From NCBI GenBank assembly GCA_036172245.1, contig JAYWIR010000039.1, positions 1,240,001 to 1,304,000 on the forward strand: DNA of 64,000 nucleotides. The letters are read 5' to 3'. Each line of letters starts with the position of its first letter. Position 1 is the stretch's first letter. Both the position numbers and the translations under genes were made by a program. This document shows, piece by piece, positions 48,556 to 61,600 of the stretch. This DNA comes from Raillietiella orientalis (taxonomy: Eukaryota). The notes beneath the pieces are model-generated. The model saw nothing but the letters and a program-made list of their open reading frames with translations. It was not told where the DNA came from and ran no database searches.

Positions 48556-51500
48556 TTTGCTAAGGCAGTGCTAAAGACCCGTGTGACACCCCCTCCCTTC
48601 CGAAAGTGGAGGACAGCTCTTCAGCACCTGGCGACCAAAAAGAACGAAACTCGAAAAAAAGAAAGCTGGGAGGGATGCAGAGAAAGCAGAACTCCAAAGG
48701 ATTCCCACCATCCTTTGGGCAGCATTTGGAGTGACTTCCAGAATTTTCTGTTTCCAGGAAGATCAACTCTCAAGCAGGTCCCCTATTCTTCTCGTGTTCG
48801 CATGAAGAATGTGGTAAACTTCTGGGGGACCTTGCATCTATCCTCCCACTGCAGCCGCAGGCGCGTGTGAGGGCTGCGCGACCCGCATCGAGCAGTTGTG
48901 CTGCTGCTGGAGCGGCTCCAGAGGCCATCCTGCCTGCTACACAACAGGACGTTCGGAGGCAGGAATGCGTGAAAACGCGGTGAAGTTCAATGTCTCCACA
49001 GCAGCTGCGCCATCGACCCCGTGGTGAGACTGACCCCCGGATAGGCCTTCGACGATGCTGGCCTACCCCCTTTTCCCCCTCAAGGGCTCAGTCGGAGACT
49101 ATTCAAGACGCCGCGCTTCCCATCTTTGTCTGTGGGAGGAGAAAGACGTAGATACTCTTGCAGCGTAAGCGATAATGACCCGCCGGATCGCAGGGTCACC
49201 AAGCCCATCACCCGATAGGAAACGCCTCTTCTGGAAAATGGGGCCACGCCCAAGCGTAGCCCTCGCTCAGCTCCCGCAAAGGTGGACAGAGCTGCTTGCC
49301 TTTTCTTTGAAGGTGCAGGGCCTCCCTAGTGGACGTCTCCTGCAGCAGCTCCCAGCAGATCGCTTCCATCTTGCCAGCAGTGCACCCGAAGCGAGGAACG
49401 CCGCCGCCGCGCCTCGGTGGGGACTCGGTTTTCCGCGATGCTACCCCCTGGACCCGTTTCGAGGAACCCCCGCTTCCTCAGGATTACCGGCCGCCTCCTC
49501 GCTGGCGGCCCTCCACCACGTCGCAAGCAGCAGCGGCCGCCGAAACGGAGCAAAGGGCACGGCCGCCGCGTCATCCCGGGGTGCCTTCGCGACGCCATCG
49601 CCTGCAGGCGGAGGGGCGCCATCTGGGACGGGAGGTTCGAAGAGACCTCCGGACGATCGTGGGTAGGCGAGCAGGATCCCGGTAGATCACTTCCGTCCCA
49701 TCCCTCCCCTATCTGGCGCAGATCCTCGGGAAATCAAGCCGAGTACCTCGGGGTTCATCCAATCCACTCGCTTCCCTTCATTTACTTATTGGTCCTCCCT
49801 CCTCTTCTCCCGTTCCCAGCGAGATGAGCGCCTTTGGCGTCAGGACGGCGCATACCTGTCCTCCGTCTACTGCTGTTAAATAAACAGCCCGGCAATCCGG
49901 AATGAGAAGGTCGCGTATCAGCCAAGAGCCCTTCATCTCCTTTCAAAGCGAGGGCATTCCTCGTGGGAGGAACCCGTCCACCTCCGGGAAGGAAGTCCGG
50001 GATCGCTCCCACCAGCAACGAATCCTTGCACCCGTGTGCTCCTGTCGGAGGATCGCTGCGGATGGTGGAGAGGATGTACGTTGGACTCTCCCGCCAGCAT
50101 GCAGTGCCTCTCCAGGACATGGGGGAACTGAAGCCGTCGCCAAGGGCCGCGCGGCTATTTGGGAAAGCGGAGGCTAGGGTTGCGCATTTTCGCTCCGCGG
50201 AAGAGAGGATGTACGCGAGAGGGAAAATGCAGCAGCGCCTTGCAGATCCCCCGGGCAAACCGAAACGAAGCTCGGCTCGCGGCCACCCTCGTTCCCCCTG
50301 CAGGGGACTCCCCTGCCGGGGATTTGGAATCCGTCAGGAAGAACGCTGGGACGAACGGAAGAGGAACCGTCGTCCGCAAAGGTGCCGCTGCTTCCGCCCT
50401 ATTTGCGAGTGTTTGGGGGAAGCAAGCGTGGCGTGCCCTCGCTGCTTGCTCTCTCCCGTCTTCGCCGCAGACGATCCCGCCATCCCGAGTCTGAGAGAAG
50501 ACTCGCCCTTGCGCTGATACGAGGCTGTCAGAGGACCACTGTAAATCAGGCGGTTACAAAGGGAGCGGGGTATTCTCGGAGGTGACGTAACGCGAAATTT
50601 GGAGTCGGGATGCCCGCAAGAGGGCCGGATATGTGGCAGCTCGCTCTCCTCGGGGCGCGCGCGCTTGATTCCCGTCCCTGGTCGTTCGCTTGGTTCTGCG
50701 CGGAATCCCATTCCCGTGATGGAAGGAACCATCCGCCTCGAGAGATCTCCAGGTTCCGAGAAAACCCTCCCTGAATTTTGGAAGGAGGTCGCGTAGCCGT
50801 GAATTCGTGACTGGGATCGACCCTCTTCCCTCCCCTCTCCCCCTCCCTCTCCACTTCTTCCTCTTCCAATTTGCGAATCTCGAGCGCGCGAACCGAAAAG
50901 CACTTCCGCGAAGCCGCTTTCTTCGTGTGGAAACGGGCGCGTGTCCATGGCAACTCGCTCTCGTTTGCACCGGTCACTGTTGCCAGCGCGCTTCGTCGTC
51001 TGGGTTACCCCGTCCAGAAATGGCCAGCTCGACTGCGGGCCGCTCGCGGCTGGCGCAGGTTCGGGAGGCGACCCCGCGCAGGTTCCCTCTATGCCTCTGC
51101 CCAGCTCACCCTCAGCGTGAGGTCCGGAAGAACCTCTGCTGCCTCCTCCAGGATGGAGCGTTCGTTCCTCGAGCCCGCGACTTCGTTCAGCTCGGAGCGC
51201 GCGCGGCCGAACCGTCCGCAGGAGCATCCGCTGCGTGCTCCGCGCGCGTCTCCGCGAGGCGGCACTGACAGCCATCCGAATGCGCTTCGTCCCCAAAAGT
51301 CTTTCCTCTTCTCGCCCGCTCGCTTCGTTTCGCGGCAGCGCGGGCCGCGAGGTTCCTTCGATTTCCCCAAGACCTCTTGCGCTAATTGTGATTAACTCGC
51401 GATCGGCTCCCGGAGCGGCAGCGCGCTGGCCTGAATGGGGTGGGAACCCCCATGGAGCCAACGACTATCGTCAAATTATCCAAGCATCGAGGAGACGAAC

Positions 51501-51633
51501 GAGCCATAGAGGATGAGCGGAGTCCCTGGAACTGAAAGGGCTCTCTGGGAGTCTGGCCGCCCAACCTGTTGTCAGCGAATGAGTTGCGAGAGGTGGGAAG
51601 GGGAGAAAAAGAAGAAGAAGAAAAAAAAAAAAG

Positions 51634-51665
<32 letters not shown>

Positions 51666-54600
51666 GAAAGAAAAGGAAAAAGGAAAAGAAAGAGAGTGGG
51701 GAGGAGGAAATCCCCGTTTTATGGGAATGTTTGTTTGCAGCTCTTTCCCTTCCCCCCCCCCGGCCGCCCCTGCCCTCTCGCCGAGGACTCGCCTCGTTAA
51801 AGTATCTCTCCAAGTACGTCTCCTCCTCCTGGAAAACACTCGCGTTTTCCGCACCGTCGTCGTCGGCGAGCGGCGATCACCAGAGCGAGTCGGCAAACTG
51901 CGGGTCGTAAGTCTGAGTGCGAAGCGAAAGGAATGGCTCGGGATGGACGATTAGGATGCGGAAACGAATAAAATGAATAAGATTGTCGGTGTTCGGCCAT
52001 AACAGGGTTACGAGCCCCGGGCAGCCCGAGAGCGGGATGCATGGAAATGGCAGGAATAAAAACGGATACGAGCGTGATTGAAAAGATGCAGCCCGTGTAA
52101 CGATTCTGGTTTCGTTTTTACTATTTCGATCCCCTGGAAATTTCATCCTCCCTCTCGCGGCAAATAACGCTCTGTATCCGTTTTCCTGGATGGCTTGCTT
52201 TACGGGGAAGGGAGGGGGGGAGAGCGGACGGCGGGGCGGATGATCCGGCCGTGATGGTCCTGGCCGGAGGGAGCGGGCAGCCGTGATGGATGCGCTTTCG
52301 CGGTGAGACAGCGCGCGCGTCCCCGCCACCTCGATTTTGCCCGCGGTTGCAGGGAACGGTGGAAGAGGGATCAGGGTGCGGAGGAGAGGACCGGGGTCCC
52401 TCCTGGGTGCGGGGCTGTTCCGGGATTTTCCCTCCACAGCCCGAAGCTCCGGCGGACGAGCACGTGATCAAAGCTGCCGGTGCTAATAAACAGCTTATAA
52501 AGCGGGAACAAAGGAACGGCAGTTTCCGCTGTTCTCACAGATGATTCCTGATGGGAGAGCTGCAACTCCCGCCTCCGAGGCGAAGCACCGCTCAGACGGA
52601 ATGCCATTCTTCACGAATGGTCGCTTCCGCGTGTTTCCAAACATCGTAAACGGGGAATAAAAACTGCGCTGGTCCTTCAAGCGAGGGATCCTTGGATTCC
52701 CTTCGACCCTCCTGCACGGCGGGCGAAGCTGTCCGCCCTGCGTTCCGCACGTGCGGCGCGGGACGGCAAAAGCGCTGCTGCCGCCTGCGGCGGAACGCGC
52801 AGCTTCCGCGGTCGGCAGGTGCCTCTCGATCAGGCAACGGGAGGACCATCCCCGAGCGGTCCTGGAGCCGAAGGGATGGGCCCTCCGGATCTTCCGACCA
52901 CGGTTCTGCGCGGCGACGGCGATAGCACCGAGGTCCGCCTTCTGGAGGAGGCTTGGGCAGGACTTCCCGTCCTCGGGGGAAAGCCACAGGAGGCGGTGCG
53001 CGGGAAGTGGGGAACGCGAACTCTGCCGGCGGCTGCGCGTGCGCGCGCGCGCGCGCCTTGGCACAAAGGTCGGCATTGGAACCGCCTTTCTGAGCACCGG
53101 CTCCGGACAAGCCCCCCCCCCCTCCCTTTCCCCATCTCCGGCTGGGAAAAATGCCCGACCCGTGCCTGCCACCGGTCGAAAGCTCTTCCTCGGCTCGCCC
53201 GCGGTCTTCCGGCGGGCGCGCGCCTCGCGCGCTGGGAGACGCTCCGCTCTTGCGCCTGGCAGCCGGAGGTTTCGCCACCACGGGAAGAAAAAAACCTCCT
53301 CCGCGTCCCCTCGCCTCTGGAGCTTTCTGGACGCACCCGAACGAGAGTCGAGGAAGCTGCGAAATTTGTTGATCTGTGACTAATCTGCTCGTGGAATCGC
53401 ATCTCGTTAAGGAAATTTCGGCATTCGTAAATTTTCGGCACGTAGCTGATATTCTTCAACGACCTAACAGAATGAAGATGAGACCGTCTGGGAAGCCTTG
53501 CGTTAAGAACCTGGAATTTATGGGATTCCTTTGATTTTTCTTTCCTCCCCCCCTCCTCCTCTCCTCCCTTCGTTTTCGTGCCTTTCGTCCAGAGGATCAA
53601 TTAGGAAGCCGCTCCTGCATCAGACTGCCGCCTTAGGGAAACCTCGTCTCTGACCGAGATGGAATTCCGTTCTCAACTCTTCCCGAAGTCGCGGCCGGAA
53701 TTCGGAAGCAGCAGCTCGCCTCCGAGGCGGGTCGCTTCCAGGGGGAACAGCAGGAACCGCCGGTTCTCGAACTTCGGCGTGGTCCGTCGCGGATTCGGGT
53801 CGGTCTTACTCGCGTGACCACGCCGGATTTTCGAAAGTGGGACGGACGGATGTTGCAGGACCCGGAGCCGTTTTCCTTCCTCCTTCTCCTCTCGGAGCAC
53901 TCTTCCCGCGCGAGGGGCAGAAGCCCTTGCAGCCTAACCGAAGCGCGGACAAAGTCGAAAAGAGACAGAGAGATGCGTGGTGCCGGGGACGGGCGAGAAA
54001 GGTACTGATGCTGCATCCGTTCGATCGCTCCGACTGCTCGTCTTCCTCTCTTGGTTCCGGGAGGTCCGCCGAGACCCTGCCTTTACCGCGCGCCAAATCC
54101 CCTGATAGCATTAGCGAATGGATGCCCGCGAAGTGTGCAGACACTCCCAATTCACCGATCGTGACCAGTCATTCCAAGTGGTGTCGCCGATCGTTTTGGA
54201 TTGCGAGCGCTGCTGACTTTGCCCCCTCGCTCGGCCGCTCCTTCCAGCGTGTTCCTCCGGGTCGGGAGCATCCAACGCGCGGCGACGACGGTTTCCTCTT
54301 TCCTGCTCGGCACTTGCGCACGTGTTCGGTTCCCAGCCGAGATGGGGAGGTTGGTAGCGGTTGCTCCACCCGAGGAGGTGAACCTCCAAAGTGATCTCCC
54401 CAAGACTTGGTGACTTGCCAAGAACTATACGCCTCGAGTCATTTCGCGGGCCAATGGGTTCCCATGGAGTGGCCAGAAGCGTCGAACGCAAGAATGGGGA
54501 GAGGAAAAGGGTTCGAAACATCCTCGCCGAGGTGCTGCCTGGTAGTGACTCTCGCTGCTGCTCTCCGAAGCGCACCTGGATGGAGAGAGGTCGGGAATCG

Positions 54601-57600
54601 TCCGGGAATTCCATCTGCGTCGCCGCCGCTCGTGCTGTGGACCGGACGCATCGAGATCAGACTTCTGGGCGTTCCGTTCCCGTGCAGCCCGGCGCCCGCC
54701 AAAAGGTCGCAGCTTCACAAAGGAAGACATTCGTATAGCAGTCATACCAGCCTATCATTAAAAATCACTACAGTGAGTCATGAATAATGCAACAGCATCT
54801 CCACCAGCTTCCGTATGCATAATGAACAAGCAACAGCCAAAGAATCTAATTAGTCCGAATTGCCTCCAAATCTTCCAAGGAGGGGCTTGCGGATCCGCGA
54901 ATGGAGGAACGGCATAGCGAGCTCCGGAGCCGCAGATGCAGGCGGCCTTCCAAGGCGTCCTCCTAGCGGCGGTCACAAGAAGCACTTCGGAGCGGACTTA
55001 CACGGGCGCTACGGCTGTGGTTGCCCCAAGATCCATTTCCGCTTACAGCGACCACGAGCACCTGACACGAAAGGGAGAGGGGAAATTCATCTGCGCTCAT
55101 CTCCTCGGCGCTCTTTCCATCGTTCTTGCCTCCGTGCTCCCTGCACACCTGCTGGGATGCGGAGGAACACAGAAGAGACCAACTCGGTCCGAACTCAAAC
55201 CGCACGACTGAGGCGGCAGTCGGTGTCCCTGGCAACGAGGGGAATCGGGAAGAAAGAGACCAGGATGGAATGGAATGCGGCTGAGCAGCGTGCAACTGTG
55301 GTCCCTGGATCCCATTCCAGGCTCCAAGGATTTGAAAGGTCAGTGCGTGAGGTGCCCGTGGGAGGGAACCTGCTGTCGGTTGCCCATCGAAGATCGCCGT
55401 GCCGCGGAGAAGTATGAGCTGGAAACCTCAGCATTACTGAAGACCTCGCGGTGACTCGTGCGGCTACCGAGGAAGGGTCGCACGCAGTCCCTACACCCAA
55501 AGATTTCGCAGCGCTCATGTCCACCTGTGCGAAAGAGTTGAAAGAGCATTGCTGTGCTAATTAGAATTGCAGGGATCTTTGGGCAGCTCTCTGAGGGGGT
55601 GTCATCTGACGCTTGGGAACCGTTGCCAGCAATCGCGAACAGGGTTCCCGCGGGGCGTTTCCAAGCAGCCCCGTTGCACCCCGGGAAGAATCGATACCCA
55701 TCAAAATGTGGAAACTCTAACACGAGTTTGCTTATCCAGGATCCGACCTACTGTTTGTTCTGCGTTTCCCGTCTTCCCTCATTGTCATCCGTCTCGATGT
55801 TTTGGGGCTGACGGGCTTCAAGGAGCGCTGCGGCTAAATCTCCTCACGGACCAACGGATAAGAGCGTGAAGGAATGGATGATGGCGGAAGGTGGGGGGAG
55901 GAGGGCAGCCTGGTTCCCCTCCGGCGAACACGGACCACGTGCGCGCCGCACCATAAAAATGGAGCGACGATACCTCGAGCCGCGCATCCCAAGTGGCGAG
56001 TCGACGGGAAGAGGAACCAACGGCGCTCGTTCGCTCATCGGCCAGGTGAGTTTCGAGGACGCGCATTGGGTCCGCCGGAAGCGAAGAGGATCTATAGATA
56101 CCGTGTGTGCAGGTGGTGTGTGCCCGTCGCCATTCCGGAACGAGAAAAAAGCGAGAGAGCGAGAGAAGGAAAGAGTGGTGGATCGGCAGGAGGGATTGAA
56201 AATTGTGCCATAATTAGGGGATAATCACTTCTTGGTTATAGCAGCTGCGCCAGATAGATCGATGGAAGCTGGATGCGTGCACTTCATGCATACTGTCTGT
56301 GCTTCCCTGCATGATTGGTAGATGGAGAAATGTTTCCACGAGAGTTGAGAGTGTGGACTGCCTCTTTGCTGAGGTCGACCTCGTTGAACTCGAGTGTTCC
56401 TCATGGCACGCCGTGGGTCAAGCGGGGGAGATCTTTCATCCAATGCTCTTGAAGTCGTTGGTCCTCCGAAATGCGCTTGAGGTTGTTGATTTTTTGGTCT
56501 TTGAAAGAGACGATCGAAAGTTCTTTGGCGCCGGGAAGCAGGGAGCCAACCATCCTACTGCTTGCCACATACGTCTTTTGTTTCGTTTCCTCCATCCAAG
56601 TTTCCTGTAGGACTGTGTCACCTGGAATCATCATGCTGAAAAAGCCCCGCAAAGGCAGAGCCGGTGTCCTCGTGGGAAAAGGCATGGTTCGTTCGTAACA
56701 GCAGCTCTTTAGCGTGGAAACGCCAACAGAATCCGACGTGGAAGTCCACTGCAGGACACCCGCCACTCCAGCATCAGCGAAACCGAGCGGATCGCTCATC
56801 CTCGTGGTGGCGTCCGCGTGCGCCAGTGCTCGCCATCAGTTTCTACCGGATGTGAGGACACACGGTGTAGTTTTGGAACAGCAAGTTTGCCCCTTCCGTT
56901 TCGCAACCTTCAAAGAAAATTGGGATTCGCGGAACGATCCAAGGAGGCCACTAATTGGGGGCGGGGAATCTTCGAAGAGGGGGATTCCTGGAGATTAGAA
57001 CGCTCCTTCGAAAGGATGCGGTGTAGTGCACAGGGAGGAGCTCCGCGCAGGGTGTGTTTGGCAGGAGCAGCTCGAAATATTTGACCTCAAGGTGAGGCAA
57101 CCTAAGAACGAGCTTGTTACAGGGCGAGCAGCGCCAGACCGGGGTTCAACGTCACCCTGCCTTTTACAGGAGAGGTAATTAAGCTAGCAGAGGATATGTA
57201 GATGAGTAACTAACGGTGGGAATATAACGTCGGTACGGACGAGCGTAGGAGTCATCCGTTTTCGGTGCTGGGGTACCGTGGTGACGGATGACGAGGGCTT
57301 TTTCGTGTGCTGCAGCGCATAAGTTTTGTGTCCGAATGGGAACTCCAGAAGGACTTCCATCAAGGATCCTGGACTTCCGAGGTGAGGCGCATTCGAAGGG
57401 CACGGGAAGGTTGACGCCACGGACGAGGAAGTTTTCTTTTTTGGCTTCTGGTGTTTCTTATGCAGGCAAGAAAGTGCCCAGCAGTGGAAACTGCTCTTCC
57501 GAGGGCTTTGGCGAATTTCTAGCGACCGCCGCGCCTCCTACCTGTGCACGGAAAACGGCCTCTTCGTACTCGTGTTCGTGTTCCTCGTGCGTCGGAGTTT

Positions 57601-58289
57601 TTCCCGAAGTGATTGAGAAGATTCGAGAAGCGAATTACGCACGGTGTTGTTCCTGTAATCCACAATACTTTCCCATTCTAGTCAAAACCACACAACTTTT
57701 CCCTCTTGTTTCCTGATAATGCCTAGGGTTAATGGGACCTATCAAATGTTCTACAGACGAAGGGTCGAAAACCATAGGGATCCAACGGGAAGAGCGCCTC
57801 GCGGAGAGAAGATTCCAGGCAAGAGCTGGATGGAACCGTTTCCCGATGAAAATTCGGGACGTGGTTTGTCGGTCCCGAAACTGAATGACCGATCGAAGGA
57901 AGTGAGGCCATGGAAGCGGTCGCTCGAACGGACGGCGAAGGGATTTCAAAAATTGCGAGATTGCGGGGAATCTGGTTTGGAAATCCGCGAGGCTCGGCAG
58001 CCGCTCGAGGCCGAAGGGAATTTCGAAAGTTCACGGGGAGCCCAGGGCGGGGACAGAGAGAGTCCCTGCGAGGAAGTTCAGACTCCTGGACGGCGCTGGA
58101 AACGAAGGCACGAGTCGTGTTCCTCCGCTCCCAGCGAATTCGGCGCAGCTTGCTGGCTCTCCGACTGCGGCAAAGACGCCGCAGTCTGAGAGCAGCCTGC
58201 CAGTCTTTGCCCGGGGAAGGCAAGGGGTTCGGGGAAGACACAGCTCTTCAGCGGCCGATGGGGAAGAGACGAAGTGCCCTCACCTTGTA

Positions 58290-58640
58290 CGGAAGACAAA
58301 GGATCTATTTAGTTCATCTGAGTCTCCAGTTTACGTTGGAGACCTTAGAAAGGTAATGACGTATAATGGAAGGGAATGTCAACATCCAAAAAATGATGAT
58401 CAGATTAAAAATTCTGGAAGAATTATAGAAGGTGAAGATAGTGATGGTAAGACTGTATATAAACTTTCCAATTTATCAAAATCTAATCTAGACCATTCTA
58501 GTTTCTTAAACTCCGATCTAAAAAGTGCCATACTGAAAAATGCAAAGCACTAATTGAATGGAAAATTCTATAATATACTTGTTAAATTGCCTAAAAAAAG
58601 AAAAATGACTGCAAGAAGTAAGTCTCTCAAGATGGGAAGG
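58290..58640 (+). pseudogene. AT-rich coding-like fragment of unknown origin
   Basis: One frame reads KDLFSSSESPVYVGDLRKVMTYNGRECQHPKNDDQIKNSGRIIEGEDSDGKTVYKLSNL...KNAKH*LNGKFYNILVKLPKKRK, about 115 codons with one stop. Composition is sharply more AT-rich than the flanks. Confidence 0.35.
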
Positions 58641-61600
58641 AGAGGAGGCTGTTGGTATCAGATGAAACATTGCCAACTGCCCTTCCCTCCTGCATCCGCA
58701 AAGAAATTCCAGCGGAGCGTCTCGGCCGTCTTCCTTCCCGTTCAAAGAATCCTTCCTCGTGAGTTTGGTTGGATGGTGAGTCTTCCAGGGAACGAGCACG
58801 CGATCAAAGGATTCCGCGACGCCTTCCTGACGGATGGGTGGAATCCGCAGGACAGGACTGACGGTGTTCATTCATTCCGTGTGCCGAGGCTGACGAGATC
58901 AGGAAAAGCAAGACTCCTCGCGGGATGCGCGTTCTTCCGTGTGCGGGAAGGACCCGTACCCTGGAGTCGCCGCGAAAGAAAAATCTATTTGTTGGAATTA
59001 GAGGAGGCAATTCAATTTATCGGCCGACCATCTCTGCTCATCGGGGCTTGCGGGGCAGCTTCCCAGGAGTGCCGTATGGCAAAAGCTGGGATGTTCCCGC
59101 GTTGCTACGTGACAGAGAGGTCCAGGTTCTGAACGCAAGGCAGGCGGCATCGCAGGGCTGATCCTCCTCGATGAAAGGCGTTATCACGGGGGAAAAGTGG
59201 TCTGTCGGTCTCAGGGATAAATTAGAAAGAAATAAATAATAATAACAATGATAATATAACAGTCGAAATTCAAGATCCTGTTAATCCTCGTGCCGAGGCG
59301 TACTCCAGGAAGCATCATTAGGATTACAAGTAATCCAGATGGTCAGGTTAGTGTCTCTTGTAAGAGGGAGGATGGATCTAGAAAAGGTTTTGGGGATGCG
59401 AACAGAGGGGGAGCGATCCCTTACTGACATCAATAAACCGAAGGAGGCACTTAGTGATTTTTACGCTTAATAACCAAGATGCAGTTACAAATCCTCCTTC
59501 GCTGCGAAACGATCCTCGGAAGCATCTTTATTCCCCCCTCTCCAGCTGCCGAGCCTCTGCAGAGAGAGAAGAGCACAAAAAATGTTTGGATCCGTTTGGG
59601 TTCTTCAGTCCTGGAACTCTTTCGATTGCAAATAGGACTTTCGAATTCCATTACATTTCCATTTCGTTTTCTTTCTTTCTTTCTTTTCTTTTCTTTTTTT
59701 TTTTTTCACTCTTTCCTGTTTCTTGAATGCCCCATTGACGTTCCGGCGACCCAACAAAATTGCAGGACCGATGATGTGCGTTAGACGTTATCCATGTTCC
59801 TTGTTCAGGCAGAGTCGATCTCTGACAGACGTTTGGAGAGGTGACCTTGGCAATTGGCGGTACGTTCTCGGACCCACGGGGACGAGAGGCACTCACTCTC
59901 ATTCACCTTCGCCTCCCATGTGGCAATGTTTGGTTAAGCGACGCTGTGCCACTGTGGCACCGGACGGCGTGAACGCCCGAAGTCGCTGTCCATTCGCCGC
60001 GAACGCCGCCGCTGGAGCCGTGTTTCACCCTTTGTCCTGCTTCCCAAAGACATCCCCTGTGGCTGCAGCAGCACCTCTTCTTCCTCTTCCGATGCTATTT
60101 TTACGACTCCAAAGTGAAGGAGCGCTCTCGGGGCGCCTGCTGCCCGACCGCCTCGTCGCTTGGACCGCTGCTTCTGCACCGGACAGCAGCACCTTTGCTA
60201 GGACGGAACGCACCAGCAGTGCTGCGAAATTTCTCGAGATGAGCTGATGCCACCGATTTATGCGCTTGATCGGCAGACGAAGTCCACCGCATGCTCAAGA
60301 ATGTGGCTATCTACAAGAACGTCCACTCAAATCATGAACGGATCTCGTGGTTCACTCACTGCTCTTCGTTGATTGCATCCTTCAAGCTGAAAAGTTGCTC
60401 CACAGGAAGTTTTTCATGCACTTTCAGCGTTGATGCTCCTTGCGCTTTACCAGAAGCTGAAGTCGTCAATACGAAGAGAAACTTGCGGCCAAATCTCCAA
60501 AGAGATTCCGGATTATTTTGCAAGTATAAAGGGGAAGAAACGGAAATTCCCATTGTTTGCGAAAATTCCCGTTAAGAAAAAAAAAAAAAAAAAAAAAAGG
60601 GGGACACCGCACGGTTTCCCTAGGTAGGGTTCAACTAGTACTAAAGGAAGTAAACAAAAATGACGGTCGGTTCATCAAGTTTCTCCAATCTTTTTGCTTT
60701 TTCTGAAATACGGACTTCATTGGTATGGTGATTAAAAAGCATTTGTTCCTCTCATGGGAGTGATACCAAGTTTTCCCCATCACTTGAACTCAGAACCTAC
60801 TAAACAATATAATCCTCGGTCAAAGTTGGTCAGTAGGAAACTCGGGACACTGCACAACCGACCTACGCCGCCGAGTCTTACCAGTTGGCGTGACTCGTGG
60901 GCGTTCAAAAGTTCAACCGAAAGCTATAAGGATACACATCTGCAGGAGTTGGCTAGGGCTGGGAGCGAAACCTCCTCTCCCCCCCCCCCGTGTGGGTAAA
61001 CGGCGACGTCGGGTGTCTGGGAGAGCGCGCTCCCAATTCAAACTCTGTGGCTGGTGGTCGCCGACTCCTGGTAGACCCTGGAAGCATCCGGCTGAGCAAG
61101 CCGCGTTCCTGAAGGACATCCACCCTCCTTGTCCTCGCACCTCAGGACGCGGCGACGGCACATGCCGACGTGCTACGCACCTCGCGGCTCGATCGACTCG
61201 CACGTCAGCAGAGTTCATCCAGCTGAGTTAGCAGCTCCGCGGACGAGCTATCAGGGCTGCGTGGCAAAGAAGAGCCGATGCTCGGACTCGAACAAAGGAT
61301 TGGCAGCCACTTGTTAAGTTTACCTTGTTGCTGTTGTTACTCCCCCCCTCCCCCTTTCGGTACCATCCAGTTGTTCCCGGAGCGCTTTTATCCTTCTACT
61401 TATGCAATTATTTTGGAGTAAACGATTATGTTTTTCCACGCAGACAGCTTATTGCTCCGCTCTCGATGGGTTCTGAGAAGTAGAAGACCATTCGAGTTTA
61501 CTTATTAAGAATATTAAGCTTCCTAAATAACGGGATGGGAGTGCAATACCCGTCGGAAAATCTGACATGGACGCCGTACCGATGTAACAGTAAACAAAGA

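Noticed and set aside
55440..55540. C2H2 zinc-finger-like FGCRDCVRPF on the minus strand
   Set aside because: It is a single partial motif lacking the histidine pair and linker.
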